From contig JAJRPE010000115.1 of assembly GCA_024280935.1 (NCBI GenBank), positions 12,256 through 76,255 on the forward strand: a stretch of DNA of 64,000 nt. Direction: 5' to 3'. The notes beneath the pieces are model-generated. The model saw nothing but the letters and a program-made list of their open reading frames with translations, ran no database searches and was not told the origin of the DNA. Source of the stretch: Candidatus Hydrogenedentota bacterium (GTDB taxonomy: Bacteria; Hydrogenedentota; Hydrogenedentia; Hydrogenedentales; JAEUWI01). The position numbers were made by a program, and so were the translations under genes. Each line of letters starts with the position of its first letter. The stretch's first letter is position 1. This document shows, piece after piece, positions 19,212-29,160 of the stretch.

Positions 19212-20082
19212 ATGGGCCATATGGGTCGTATGATTTTGCGAAACCAAGCCTCCATCGTTGCGCCGACACACCCTCTCTGAAACGCAGCCCTGAGTCCCCC
19301 CTTGTCGCACACAAGGGCATACGACTCATAAGCCCCATACGCCCCATCGCCCTCCTACCCCCACTGATTCCTGTTCCGTTGCTGTAATCGCGCCCTGGTC
19401 ATCCGCTCTCTGATTCCGCCCTCGTTCATGAAGTCACGCTCAAGCTGTCGTATCTGTTGGTCAAGGAGGTAGTTGGCCTGATGTATGAGACAGATCGCGA
19501 TATTGGCAATGACTTCGGACGAGCGGGTCTCTACAAATTCGCGGTAGGTTTCGTAATTTATCGGGGCGGTCTTGCCAAGCTTCCGAACATAAAGCGCTTC
19601 CTTCGATTCCTTAGGCCAAGTCCGCAACTCTCGGACACGCAAAAAGTCGCGGTAGTCAGCCAGCAACTCTTCTTGGCTGGCCCGTGCAACATTGCGTAAT
19701 TTCACCTCCATTTCCTTGGAGGTGCCGGAAGCCTTGGTGCCCTCAAGGATGTTCTGCTTACCGGACCCGCGCCGCCTGTACCATTTGATCAACGGTGCGA
19801 TCTCCGCGACGCAAAAACCTATCGCAGAACCGGAACGTGATGTCGTAGATTACCTCGGTCTTTTGATAGGAGAGAAGTTCTTCGTAGTTTCCGTGAGGTG
19901 GAATAAAACCAGCGTGATCGGCCATTGCAAGTTGACCTTATGGGTCGTATGGGGCTTATGAGTCGTATACAAAACAGAATCACCCGTTGCTATCGACAAT
20001 AACCCTACACAGCGGACTAACTCAAAATCAAAAGCATATTCCAAAAAAACATAAGACCCATTCGCCCCATATGACCCATCTT
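19212..20082. mobile_element. About 870-bp element with nested inverted repeats (family 7) enclosing a 145-aa ORF
   Basis: Outer IR is 19212-19236 against 20052-20082. Inner IR is 19316-19350 (gggcatacgactcataagccccatacgcccc) against 19937-19972 (cttatgggtcgtatggggcttatgagtcgtatac). A solo copy lies at 31554-31590. Confidence 0.55.
19355..19792 (-). CDS. Hypothetical 145-aa protein carried inside the IR-flanked element. It has a weak resemblance to four-helix-bundle (23S-IVS/Avd-like) proteins (SEVIANIAICLIHQANYLLDQQI)
   Basis: Intact ORF. Lys/Arg-rich N-terminus and a predicted helical C-terminus. No firm family assignment. Confidence 0.35.
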   Translation of the reverse strand: MIKWYRRRGSGKQNILEGTKASGTSKEMEVKLRNVARASQEELLADYRDFLRVRELRTWPKESKEALYVRKLGKTAPINYETYREFVETRSSEVIANIAICLIHQANYLLDQQIRQLERDFMNEGGIRERMTRARLQQRNRNQWG

Positions 20083-20084
20083 AC

Positions 20085-20819
20085 CTACACCGACACGTCA
20101 AGCCGCCCTACACCCGCAGCGCCACCATTTCCACTCCCCCCACCACGCTGAGGCGTGTATTCTGAAAAATCGCGTCGTGCAATCGGCGGGGACACTTGGA
20201 TACCCCCTGCCCCGCTCGCAGAGGTCGCCTCCACCGCGCCACCGTCCTCCTCGTCACCCGCAGCTTTTTCCTGCTGGGCCCCCTGGAGCTGACGACGCGC
20301 TTCCGACTCCAGTTTGCTCGCCTGGTTGGCGACGGAGCGGTCTTGTCCCGACGGTTCGGCAGGGGCCAAGGCAGCGCGGCGAATCACCTGCGCCTTCTGG
20401 ATGGTGGCCTCCGGGCTGGAAGCAGGACTTACGTCGATGCTGACCTCGCCGCCCGAAGCATACTGGCGCCCGTCGGGCCCGGTGGTGAACTCGAACTGGG
20501 GTCCGCCGTTGGCATAGCGCCCGGCGGCGGCCACGTGGGCCTGTTCGTGGCGACGCACTTCGGCATCGCGACGCTTGAGATCCACGACCTCTTTTTTAGC
20601 GTCTTCCGAGAGTTCTTCGGAAGCCCCTGCGATACCCGACGACCCTTCCGAGTCCTCGCTGCGCACCGGGTTTACAGAAGAAAACTCCCCCAAGCCCGAC
20701 TTCTTTCCCAATGCGCCCGCAAGACCGTCTCCCGAAGTCTCAGCAGCACGAGTCGGTGGCATCACCAGATAGGGTGAGAATCCACCGCCTATGGATCCTA
20801 TTCCGACCATTAAACTCAA
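20085..20819 (-). CDS. SprA-related family protein (HEQAH motif, putative metallo-peptidase-like)
   Basis: DLKRRDAEVRRHEQAHVAAAGRYANGGPQFEFTTGPDGRQYASGGEVSIDVSP, then TIQKAQVIRRAALAPAEPSGQD, which is the characteristic SprA-related core. Gly-rich N-terminus. Confidence 0.45.
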   Translation of the reverse strand: MSLMVGIGSIGGGFSPYLVMPPTRAAETSGDGLAGALGKKSGLGEFSSVNPVRSEDSEGSSGIAGASEELSEDAKKEVVDLKRRDAEVRRHEQAHVAAAGRYANGGPQFEFTTGPDGRQYASGGEVSIDVSPASSPEATIQKAQVIRRAALAPAEPSGQDRSVANQASKLESEARRQLQGAQQEKAAGDEEDGGAVEATSASGAGGIQVSPPIARRDFSEYTPQRGGGSGNGGAAGVGRLDVSV

Positions 20820-20953
20820 TCCTTTGAGTTCTGCTCATTGCGCCCAAGCGCAATTCTTCCTTGATTCGTCCTGCAGTGTACCACAAATCAGAACGATGGG
20901 CGGTCTATTTCTCCTCCATATTTCGGTTGCATAGGGCACGCTGCCCTCCTACA

Positions 20954-22024
20954 ATGGGTGCCTTGGTCAACCACAAGGAATCTCCCGTGCAATTTTCTAC
21001 TCACCCCCCTACAACCCACCGCTTGGTCTATCCCGTTGCGGCGCTGTTGCTCGTCCTTGCCTTCTCCTTTACCGCGACCGCAGCAGACCGGTACCCGAAA
21101 ATCAACCTCATTGCGGGCTATGCGGTGGACCCGGACTGGCCGAAGGTTCCCATCGACATTCACTTGGACCAAATTGCCGGGGTGACGGTGGACTCGAAAG
21201 GGCGCGTGTGGCTCTTCAACCGTGCGGATCCACCCGTGCAAGTGTACAGCCCTGCGGGCGACTTTCTGTTCTCCTGGGGCGACGGTTTGTTCAAAGGACC
21301 ACACTACCTCCGCATTGACCACGAGGGCAACGTCTGGACGACGGATTTTCGGCGACACCTGGTACGGAAGTTCACACAAGAAGGCAAACTACTGCTGACA
21401 CTGGGTACGCCGGACGAAGCAGGGGACGACGAAAGCCATCTCAGCGGCCCCACGGACGTGGCGGTGTCGCCCACGGGCGACGTGTTTGTCAGTGATGGCT
21501 ACGGCAACAACCGGGTCGTTCATTTTGACCGCGACGGCAACTTCGTAAAATCCTTTGGCGGCTTGGGCGTAGACGCGGGGCAACTAAGCCAGCCCCACAG
21601 TATCGCCATGGACTCGAAAGGGTTACTCTATGTTTGTGAGCGCAACAACGGGCGGATTCAGATATTCAACCAAGCGGGAAAATCCCTCGGACAATGGCGC
21701 AACCTGATCAATCCCTGGGGAATCCATATAACGCCGACCGATGACATTTTCGTCTGTGGATCCACACCGGCCCGCTGGACGGAGCGGGGCAACCTTGGCA
21801 ATCCGCCCCACGACCAGATTCTGATGCGCTTTGATGTCACCGGGCGTGCACTGGAACTGTGGGGATTCCCGCTGGCCAAAGACGGCGAACTGGAACCGGG
21901 CCATCTGGATTGGATGCATGGCATGGGCTTTGACAACGAGGGCAACCTGTATGTCGGAGACGTGGATGAAAACAGCCCGGTGCATCGGGTACAAAAGTTC
22001 GTTCGGCTCCCTGCGGAACGATAA
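20954..22024 (+). CDS. Secreted NHL-repeat beta-propeller protein
   Basis: Signal peptide after M at 20954. Repeated NHL blades (GPTDVAVSPTGDVFVSDGYGNNRVVHFDRDG; PHSIAMDSKGLLYVCERNNGRIQIF; GMGFDNEGNLYVGDVDENSPVHRV). Confidence 0.7.
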   Translation: MGALVNHKESPVQFSTHPPTTHRLVYPVAALLLVLAFSFTATAADRYPKINLIAGYAVDPDWPKVPIDIHLDQIAGVTVDSKGRVWLFNRADPPVQVYSPAGDFLFSWGDGLFKGPHYLRIDHEGNVWTTDFRRHLVRKFTQEGKLLLTLGTPDEAGDDESHLSGPTDVAVSPTGDVFVSDGYGNNRVVHFDRDGNFVKSFGGLGVDAGQLSQPHSIAMDSKGLLYVCERNNGRIQIFNQAGKSLGQWRNLINPWGIHITPTDDIFVCGSTPARWTERGNLGNPPHDQILMRFDVTGRALELWGFPLAKDGELEPGHLDWMHGMGFDNEGNLYVGDVDENSPVHRVQKFVRLPAER

Positions 22025-22314
22025 AATTATCCCGATGCTGGATGCCCTATCAGGCCTATTCGCAATACAGAAACGCCACATAAGTGACTTGGCATAAAAC
22101 ACGGATAAAACGCCCCGAAGGGCCGAAAATAATCCCCTCCTCAAAGGAGAATATAAATGCATTGGTGCCACCAACAACAACGTGCAGTGAACGATTCCGA
22201 AGCTACCTTGAGCAACCAGCCCCGCCCGTGCTACCGTGATTACGTCACGGGGGCACCCGCCATTCCGGGGCTGCCCGCCAAGCCTATTTTTGATGTTTCA
22301 GCAGCAGGACCAGA

Positions 22315-22605
22315 ATGCCCATGGATCCCAAGGAAAAACAGCTTCGCGCCTTGCGTGAGTCCCTGAACGTCTCTCCCGAGAACGTGCCCCTCCGGCGGAT
22401 GGTGGCGGAAAGTCTGCTCGAACTCAAGCAGTATGACGATGCCGAGCAGGATGCGAAGACGGCCCTCCAATACGACAATGACGACGCGGGCCGCAAGGCC
22501 GTGTTGGCCCGGGTTCTTTTCCGACGACCACGACTGACCTCAAAGAACGCAGAGAGCACAAAGAAAACAAAAAGAACGGTAGATAATAGTATCGAGAGGA
22601 ATTGA
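22315..22605 (+). CDS. Small hypothetical protein (TPR-like helical), uncertain
   Basis: 96-aa ORF directly upstream of the sialidase-like gene. No recognisable family. Confidence 0.25.
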   Translation: MPMDPKEKQLRALRESLNVSPENVPLRRMVAESLLELKQYDDAEQDAKTALQYDNDDAGRKAVLARVLFRRPRLTSKNAESTKKTKRTVDNSIERN

Positions 22606-22608
22606 ACC

Positions 22609-23832
22609 ATGCGCCCCATAATAAACGCACTTTTAATGTTCAGCCTACTGGTCATCATGGGCCTGAAAGCCAACGCCGCAGATGAATCACCCACCGTGAA
22701 CGTCGTTCCCTACGCGGTGGAACTCAGCACGATTATGGAGTACAAGGGCGGCGACTACCTGTGGTTTCATCCACGGGTATCTCCTCTTCCCGGCCAAGGC
22801 AAAGACGGCCAGTCCGCCGCTATTATGACCTTTCAAAAGCATCTCTTTCTCTCCGACTACTATTCTGGACTCAGCTACAAGACGACCTATGACGGCGGAA
22901 AGACGTGGTCAGCAATCAACACGCCCGCCGAATTGGCTTGGGTGGACGCTGGAAAGGGCATCAAGGTATCGCCAGCCGACATGACGCCCGGTTGGCATGC
23001 CGCAACGGAAACGGTGCTGAATGTTGGTGCGGAGGTGCGCTACTCCTCAGAGGGCAAACAACTGGCGGACATCAAACGTGCCCACCAGACCACCTATTCC
23101 GTATACGATCCCAAAACGGAAATGTGGTCAAAACTGAAGCGGGTGGAAATGCCCCTTGATGACAAGTTCGATGTCGCCCGTTCCGCCTGCGCACAGTGGG
23201 TCGCCCTGGACGATGGCACGGTGCTGTTGCCTTTTTACTACGCCACCTCGCAGGAAGTCCCCCACTCCGTTACGGTGGCCCAGTTTTCTTTCGATGGCAA
23301 GGATCTAACCTACCTGCGCCATGGCAACGAGATGGATCTCGATGTTGTGCGGGGGCTTGTCGAACCCTCCCTCATCAAGTTTCAAGACACCTTCTACCTC
23401 ACCATCCGCAACGATGAACGGGCCTACGTGACATCCAGTAAAGACGGGCTCAATTTTGCGCCCTTCAAGCCCTGGACCTTTGAGGATGGTGAGGATTTGG
23501 GCAGTTACAACACCCAGCAGCACTGGGCTGTTTCCCCGGCGGGCGGCCTTTTTCTTTGCTACACGCGGCGCGGTGCCAACAACGACCACCTGTTTCGGCA
23601 CCGGGCACCCCTGTTTATTGCCCAAGTGAATCCCCACACCCTTCAAGTCATTCGGAAGACCGAGAAGGTGCTCGTACCCGAACGGGGCGCCACCCTGGGC
23701 AACTTTGGCGTGGTCCGCGTGGGCGGCGAAACCTGGGTGACCGTGTCAGAAGGCATATTCACCGATGCCGCTCGGGCATCTCAAGCGACGGGTGCGACCT
23801 TCCTGGCACGCATCATCTGGGGCCAACTGTAG
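22609..23832 (+). CDS. Secreted sialidase/BNR_2-like beta-propeller protein (exo-alpha-sialidase-like)
   Basis: Signal peptide MRPIINALLMFSLLVIMGLKANA. The beta-rich sequence with YxTxDGGKTWS resembles Asp-box-poor sialidase-like proteins. It is adjacent to an SSS transporter. Confidence 0.4.
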   Translation: MRPIINALLMFSLLVIMGLKANAADESPTVNVVPYAVELSTIMEYKGGDYLWFHPRVSPLPGQGKDGQSAAIMTFQKHLFLSDYYSGLSYKTTYDGGKTWSAINTPAELAWVDAGKGIKVSPADMTPGWHAATETVLNVGAEVRYSSEGKQLADIKRAHQTTYSVYDPKTEMWSKLKRVEMPLDDKFDVARSACAQWVALDDGTVLLPFYYATSQEVPHSVTVAQFSFDGKDLTYLRHGNEMDLDVVRGLVEPSLIKFQDTFYLTIRNDERAYVTSSKDGLNFAPFKPWTFEDGEDLGSYNTQQHWAVSPAGGLFLCYTRRGANNDHLFRHRAPLFIAQVNPHTLQVIRKTEKVLVPERGATLGNFGVVRVGGETWVTVSEGIFTDAARASQATGATFLARIIWGQL

Positions 23833-23949
23833 CGCAGAACACGCCCAATGATTGTGCGCTGGCGTAACGCTCATATTTCGTGCTTGACTGCAATTCGGTA
23901 TCCTTGTTACTGTTCAATACTGCAAATTCAATAAAACTTGGAGAGAACC

Positions 23950-25644
23950 ATGGATCCAGCAGGCGCTGCTGAGGCAGCACAGGTAACCGTTCGCGGGTTG
24001 GACATATTCGTCATTCTGCTCTATTTTGGTGCCATCACGGCGGCAGGCATCTATTTTGCCATGAAGAAAAACAAGACCACGGAGGACTATTTCCTCGGTG
24101 GCCGGAATTTCCCCGCCTGGGCCATCGGCCTGTCCATGGTAGGCACCTCCATCAGTTCCGTGTCCTTCCTCGCCTATCCTGCGGATGCCTATAAGACCGC
24201 CTACCTCCGGCTCTTGCTGACCTTTACTCTGCCGGTGGGCGTGCTGGTCGCCTCTATATTCTTCCTGCCCTTTTTTCGCCGGGGCAGAGTCACCACGGCC
24301 TATGAATACCTGGAAGGCCGTTTTGGTTCTGGAACACGTCTTTATGCGGCCATCGCCTTCCTGATTACGCAGGTTATCCGTCTCGGCATGATTCTCTACC
24401 TTCTGTCGGTGCTGGTGAGCCACCTCACCGGTTTGAACACGTATACATGCATTGTGTTGGGTGGCCTCTTTGTGGCCCTTTACACCGTGCTGGGCGGAAT
24501 CGAGGCGGTGGTGTGGACCGATGTGGCCCAGACCTTTGTGCTGCTCTTCGGTGGCTTCGTCTGCCTCTATTTCATCGTGGATGCCTTGCCTGGGGGGTTC
24601 GGTGACATTATCCGCGTGGGCATGGCCGATAACAAGTTCAGTTTCTCTGAAGTCGAAATCGGGACCGGCGGCGCAATAACCGTGCTGCCGATGGACTGGG
24701 ATCTGAGCTTCTACAAAAAGACAGGCACGATGTTACTGTTGGTGGGCCTGACGAACTGGCTTTTTGAATACAGCACCAACCAGAATATCGTACAGCGCTA
24801 CTGTGCGTCTCGCTCGGCAAAAGACGCGCGCAAGGCCATGTGGATCTGCTGCGTTGCCAGTATTCCGATCTGGGGTTACTTTATGTTCCTCGGCACGGCC
24901 CTCTATGTTTTCTATCAGGCGTTTCCGACCCAGGAATCGCTCGACATGCTGGTCGGCGCAAATGGCAAAGCCGCCGAGGGCATCCTCCCCTATTTCATCT
25001 TAAACGTGCTGCCTCCAGGCATATCCGGGCTTGTGATCGCTGCTGTGATGGCTGCAGCCATGTCCTCCTTGGACTCCAGCATCAGTTCGGTATCCACTGT
25101 GGGGGTGGTGGACATTTATCGTCGCCATATTAAGACGGATGCCGATGATGCTCACTATCTGAAGGCGGCCCGTTACTTCGCTGCTGCTGCGGGCGTAACC
25201 ATGATTCTTTCGGCTATTCTATTCAAAATGTATGAGGGAAAAACCCTTCAGGACACCGCCACGACGCTGACCGCGCTGGCTGCGGGGGGCTTGTTGGGAC
25301 TCTACCTCCTTGGTTTCTTCACCAAACTTGGTGATGGCCGGGCCATCTTTTCGGGCATCGTATGCACGGTCGCTTTCAGCCTCTTTTGTTCCTTGATGAA
25401 GGTTGGTGTTATCTCCCCCGATACCGTGGCCGCTATCGAGAATCTTGAGTGGGGTTTTCTGACCCAGGCGCTAAAGTATCCCTTGGAGAAAATGCTAGAA
25501 TTTGAGCTTTACTACACGGGCATCATCGGTCACATCATTATGTTCTCCGTGGGCTTCATCGCCGCCTTGTTTATCCCCGCCGACAAAAAACGCGATCTGA
25601 CCAATCTGACCGTATGGACCCAAGACGGGTCGCCGTTGGACTGA
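23950..25644 (+). CDS. Sodium:solute symporter family transporter
   Basis: 13-14 predicted TM helices with SSS motifs (DYFLGGRNFPAWAIGLSMVGTSISSVSFLAYPA; GGIEAVVWTDVAQ). ATG at 23950 with a GGAGAG RBS. Confidence 0.85.
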   Translation: MDPAGAAEAAQVTVRGLDIFVILLYFGAITAAGIYFAMKKNKTTEDYFLGGRNFPAWAIGLSMVGTSISSVSFLAYPADAYKTAYLRLLLTFTLPVGVLVASIFFLPFFRRGRVTTAYEYLEGRFGSGTRLYAAIAFLITQVIRLGMILYLLSVLVSHLTGLNTYTCIVLGGLFVALYTVLGGIEAVVWTDVAQTFVLLFGGFVCLYFIVDALPGGFGDIIRVGMADNKFSFSEVEIGTGGAITVLPMDWDLSFYKKTGTMLLLVGLTNWLFEYSTNQNIVQRYCASRSAKDARKAMWICCVASIPIWGYFMFLGTALYVFYQAFPTQESLDMLVGANGKAAEGILPYFILNVLPPGISGLVIAAVMAAAMSSLDSSISSVSTVGVVDIYRRHIKTDADDAHYLKAARYFAAAAGVTMILSAILFKMYEGKTLQDTATTLTALAAGGLLGLYLLGFFTKLGDGRAIFSGIVCTVAFSLFCSLMKVGVISPDTVAAIENLEWGFLTQALKYPLEKMLEFELYYTGIIGHIIMFSVGFIAALFIPADKKRDLTNLTVWTQDGSPLD

Positions 25645-25717
25645 TAAAATCGCAAACACAGGCGAAAGACGATAGAATTACCCGAAAACAGCTTGCATCA
25701 CGACAGGGAAATTTTAT

Positions 25718-26065
25718 ATGATTACGCCTCTTCCCGAACGGCGCTTGCGCATCAGCGAGGTCAGTGAAATGACCGGCGTCGCCATCCACCTGCTCCGGCA
25801 GTGGGAAGAAAAAATACCACAGTTGAAACCCAGACGGAATCGGGCGAATCGACGCTACTATCTTGAAAAAGATGTAGCCATCGTACGCCGAATCAAACAC
25901 CTCGTGCGCCATGAGAAAATGGGGCTGGACGGTGTAAAGATTCGGATAGCTCAGGAGCTTCACGGCGAAGGTCGCCCCCGAACACAGCAAGAAGCAATTG
26001 ACTTGGTTGATCGCATCGAAAGCGAAGTTCGGAGCATGTTGACCCTCCTCGATTCCAACGAATAA
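25718..26065 (+). CDS. MerR-family HTH transcriptional regulator
   Basis: LRISEVSEMTGVAIHLLRQWEEK...RRYYLEKDVAIVRRIKHL is the MerR-type HTH signature. Confidence 0.65.
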   Translation: MITPLPERRLRISEVSEMTGVAIHLLRQWEEKIPQLKPRRNRANRRYYLEKDVAIVRRIKHLVRHEKMGLDGVKIRIAQELHGEGRPRTQQEAIDLVDRIESEVRSMLTLLDSNE

Positions 26066-26080
26066 CCGACCACTTTCGGT

Positions 26081-26160
<80 letters not shown>

Positions 26161-27027
26161 TTTTTGTATCACTTCCACCCGCTTCAGCATTGCGCTGTAG
26201 CGGGTGTTCTTGTTTTTGGGGGGCGCCTCATAGACTCGCTACGGTCCGGTTAGTCCTAACCAGATGCGGAAAAAAGATATGTCCGCTCGCCCCCTCCTGC
26301 ATCGTTTCATCGGGCAATAGCTGAGGCGCGGTTTTGGGGACCGCGTAGTCATCACTCCCCCCTCGCCGGAAAAGAGGAAAATAAAATTGCGCTGGGGCAA
26401 GCCATGGCATCAAGTCAAGAGCTGGGCGGAAACTTGCCAATATAAGTGACTGTCCCTATTTCCTTAGAAAAGTACGGGCAAAAAATCCCAGAAATTTTAT
26501 GAGGCAGGTGCTTTTTATGCCTGTGAGTGAAGCGAAGTCCCCCCTGGGGGGTACCTTGCCTTTAGTCCGCTTAGTTTTTGAAAATCCCCATGTATGTTTG
26601 TGCTGGTACTCGTGCTCTCTGTCTTGCTTATGCCTCGAAGGGCGAAAGGAGGGCGGGGCGGGAACCAGACATACCAACGGCCCTACGCCTCTGTTTCGTT
26701 GCATCATGGGAGGCTTCCGAAGCATTGACCATCGCTACACAGGCCATCACAAGGGTTCATCGCTTCAAATACCCCTCGTAACAGGCGCAAGAAGAGCCGG
26801 GAAGGCCAACCTACGCCCATAACACAGGCGCGATGATGTTGGTTTGTGTCGGCTAATGCGCCGTCCCATCCAGCATTAGGCACGGGGAGGACCGCATCCA
26901 ATGGGCTGATAGGGCTGGTCGGCCTGGATCGTCGCAACTACAGGGAAAATACTGCACGCGGGACCTGAAAACAGGGCTATTGTGCCATTTCTGGAAGCGG
27001 TGGCAATCGGATACGTACATCGCTCGC

Positions 27028-27056
27028 TTGACCTGCTATACCATATTTGGTATACT
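27028..27056 (+). promoter_or_regulatory. Sigma70-like promoter for higBA: TTGACC, 17-nt spacer, TATACT
   Basis: Near-consensus -35 and -10 elements sit 38 nt upstream of higB. The palindrome tatacca-tatt-tggtata (27037-27054) overlaps the -10, consistent with an antitoxin operator. Confidence 0.5.
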
Positions 27057-27093
27057 TCTCTCCGTAACAGCAAGACGCAGGGAAAGGCCCGTC

Positions 27094-27465
27094 ATGGTCA
27101 AGGAAAACGAAGGCAATCTTCCCATCAGGCGGCTTGTTTTTATGGGCGGTACGGCGAAGCAACTCCAGCGCTTTCCCGCAAGCGTCCGCGATGTCGTCGC
27201 CCAGGCGCTGTACAATGCCCGATACGGCACCAAGCACGAAAAGGCCAAGCCCCTGAAAGGCTTTGGCGGTGCAGGTGTCATTGAAATTGTGAGCCGGGCC
27301 GCCGATGGGACCTACCGCGTTGTCTATACCACCGTGATTGCCGGGCACGTGATCGTGCTCCATGCCTTTCAGAAGAAATCCACCAAGGGCATCGCAACTC
27401 CAAAAAAGGAAATTGACTTGGTTAAGTCCCGGCTGAAACAGGCACGGAAGGATTTCGGGAAATAG
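27094..27465 (+). CDS. higB: Type II toxin, RelE/ParE superfamily, HigB/Gp49-like (DUF891)
   Basis: Starts at the internal ATG 27094 (MVKENEGNLPIRRLVF...). HVIVLHAFQKKSTKGIATPKKEIDLVKSRLKQA matches the Gp49/HigB C-terminal motif. An XRE antitoxin gene follows. Confidence 0.7.
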   Translation: MVKENEGNLPIRRLVFMGGTAKQLQRFPASVRDVVAQALYNARYGTKHEKAKPLKGFGGAGVIEIVSRAADGTYRVVYTTVIAGHVIVLHAFQKKSTKGIATPKKEIDLVKSRLKQARKDFGK

Positions 27466-27506
27466 CCCCGAACGTGCCACCACGCGCAGAAAGGAGAACG
27501 TGTGCT

Positions 27507-27830
27507 ATGGATTCCCCCACGGAATACACCGAAAGTTGCGGCAACGTCTTTGCTGATCTTGGGCTGCCCAACCCAGAGCTGAGACAACTCAAGGCCGATG
27601 CCGCCCGCCAGATTCAGGAGGCCATCGAGCGCCATGGGATTACCCAGAAGGAAGCGGCGAAGCGCATGGGCATCGATAAGCAGAAGGTGTCCAACATCGT
27701 GTGCGGTCGTCTCAGCGGCTACACCCTGGACCGTCTCTTCCGCTGCCTGACCGCCATGGATGTGGACGTGGCCTTCAAGATGCGCCCCAAGCCCAAGAAA
27801 CGCGCCCACGCGGAACTACGGGCCGTGTAG
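27507..27830 (+). CDS. higA: HigA-like antitoxin, XRE-family HTH
   Basis: AAGGAG RBS 10 nt upstream of the ATG at 27507. ITQKEAAKRMGIDKQKVSNIVCGRLSGYTLDRLFRCLTAMDVDV is an XRE HTH. It lies downstream of the toxin, which is the HigBA gene order. Confidence 0.7.
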   Translation: MDSPTEYTESCGNVFADLGLPNPELRQLKADAARQIQEAIERHGITQKEAAKRMGIDKQKVSNIVCGRLSGYTLDRLFRCLTAMDVDVAFKMRPKPKKRAHAELRAV

Positions 27831-27996
27831 CCCCCTTCTACCTTCCGGTTAGACTAACCGAACTGGGCGATATGAGCGGCCCGCCACAAAGCACGCTTCG
27901 TGTCAGACGATGCATGTCGATCATGAAAAAACACGGGCAGCCTTTGCTCACATCACGCTGCCTTTGGTGCGGACTGGAAAGTCTGCACGTCTACCG

Positions 27997-29160
27997 CTAC
28001 AAATCGAGCTGCTGCTGGAAATACGCCTCCAGGGAATCGTCTGGCGGACACTTCAGGTATTTTCCTAACAGGAGTTGACCATACTCCCGGGTTTCGTCCT
28101 GGCCATTCCTGCAGAGCCAGACCAAGGTTTTCACGGCCTGCCCGTTGGACTGGGAATCTGCCAGGCTCTTCTCGAATTGTGCCCGAGCCTCATCGTCACC
28201 CAAGGCCACTAAGGCCCGTTGGGTATAGGATTTAACACGTTTATTACCCCCATTACCCTCGTAAAGCGCCAAGGACTTCCGTAGCGCGGGCACGGCGGAT
28301 CGCACATTTTGCCGCGCCAGGGTGTTCGCCAGGTAGCTCCCGACGTAAAAATAGTAACGACGCTCCAGTGCGGACAGCGAATCCGGTTTTTCCTGCGCAC
28401 CCGCCAACTGGCTTTGCAGGAGGGCCTCAAAGGCCTCGCGGTCGCCAAGGTGCTCGACCACCAACGGTCCCAGATTGGGATCCTCGCTCCAGCGGTCATA
28501 CAAAGGCCCCAGAATCAAGCAGGCATGGCTTGGGCCGTGGAAGGCCGTTCCCGGCTTGGGTTTGGCCGTGAAGAGACTCTTGAGAGCGGGCAGGACGAGC
28601 ATCATGGCCTCGCGGGTCCGCTGTTTATCGCCGACAGAACCCATGCTGAGGGGCTTGCACACGGCATCTATGACGTGAATATAGGTGGGATACCGGGGCG
28701 CCTTTTCCTTGTCGGACAGGGATGCCCATCGGGACAACACTTTTTCAATCGCTTCCGGGTCCACATCGCGGTTGAAAAAACCATAGGCATAAATGAGCGG
28801 CTCCCAGTGGGTATCCCGGTCGATATCCTCAAAATCAAACAGTCCTTCCAGTGCCGCGTCCACCCCTTCGATGGTTTCGGGGGCCAGGGTGGCGTAGATT
28901 TCTGGGTCGCACTGAAGCAGCAGGGCATATTGAAAATCCCCTTGCAGTTCATGAACACGCGCCTTCGGCAGGGTCTCCATCCCCTCCGAAAGTTGACGAA
29001 GAATGGCATCCCGATTGACCCCATCCAATCGCGCCTCCAACCCCAGCTTGCGAATCTGCGTGCCCGACCATTCCCGGTCCGCAGCGTGGACAGGCGCTGC
29101 AACGAGCCCCCCCGACGCAATCAGTGTCAGCATAGCGACAAAATTATGGCGTATCTTCAT
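27997..29160 (-). CDS. Secreted hypothetical protein (helical repeat-like)
   Basis: Signal peptide MKIRHNFVAMLTLIASGGLVAAPVHA. No recognised catalytic motifs. Confidence 0.5.
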   Translation of the reverse strand: MKIRHNFVAMLTLIASGGLVAAPVHAADREWSGTQIRKLGLEARLDGVNRDAILRQLSEGMETLPKARVHELQGDFQYALLLQCDPEIYATLAPETIEGVDAALEGLFDFEDIDRDTHWEPLIYAYGFFNRDVDPEAIEKVLSRWASLSDKEKAPRYPTYIHVIDAVCKPLSMGSVGDKQRTREAMMLVLPALKSLFTAKPKPGTAFHGPSHACLILGPLYDRWSEDPNLGPLVVEHLGDREAFEALLQSQLAGAQEKPDSLSALERRYYFYVGSYLANTLARQNVRSAVPALRKSLALYEGNGGNKRVKSYTQRALVALGDDEARAQFEKSLADSQSNGQAVKTLVWLCRNGQDETREYGQLLLGKYLKCPPDDSLEAYFQQQLDL

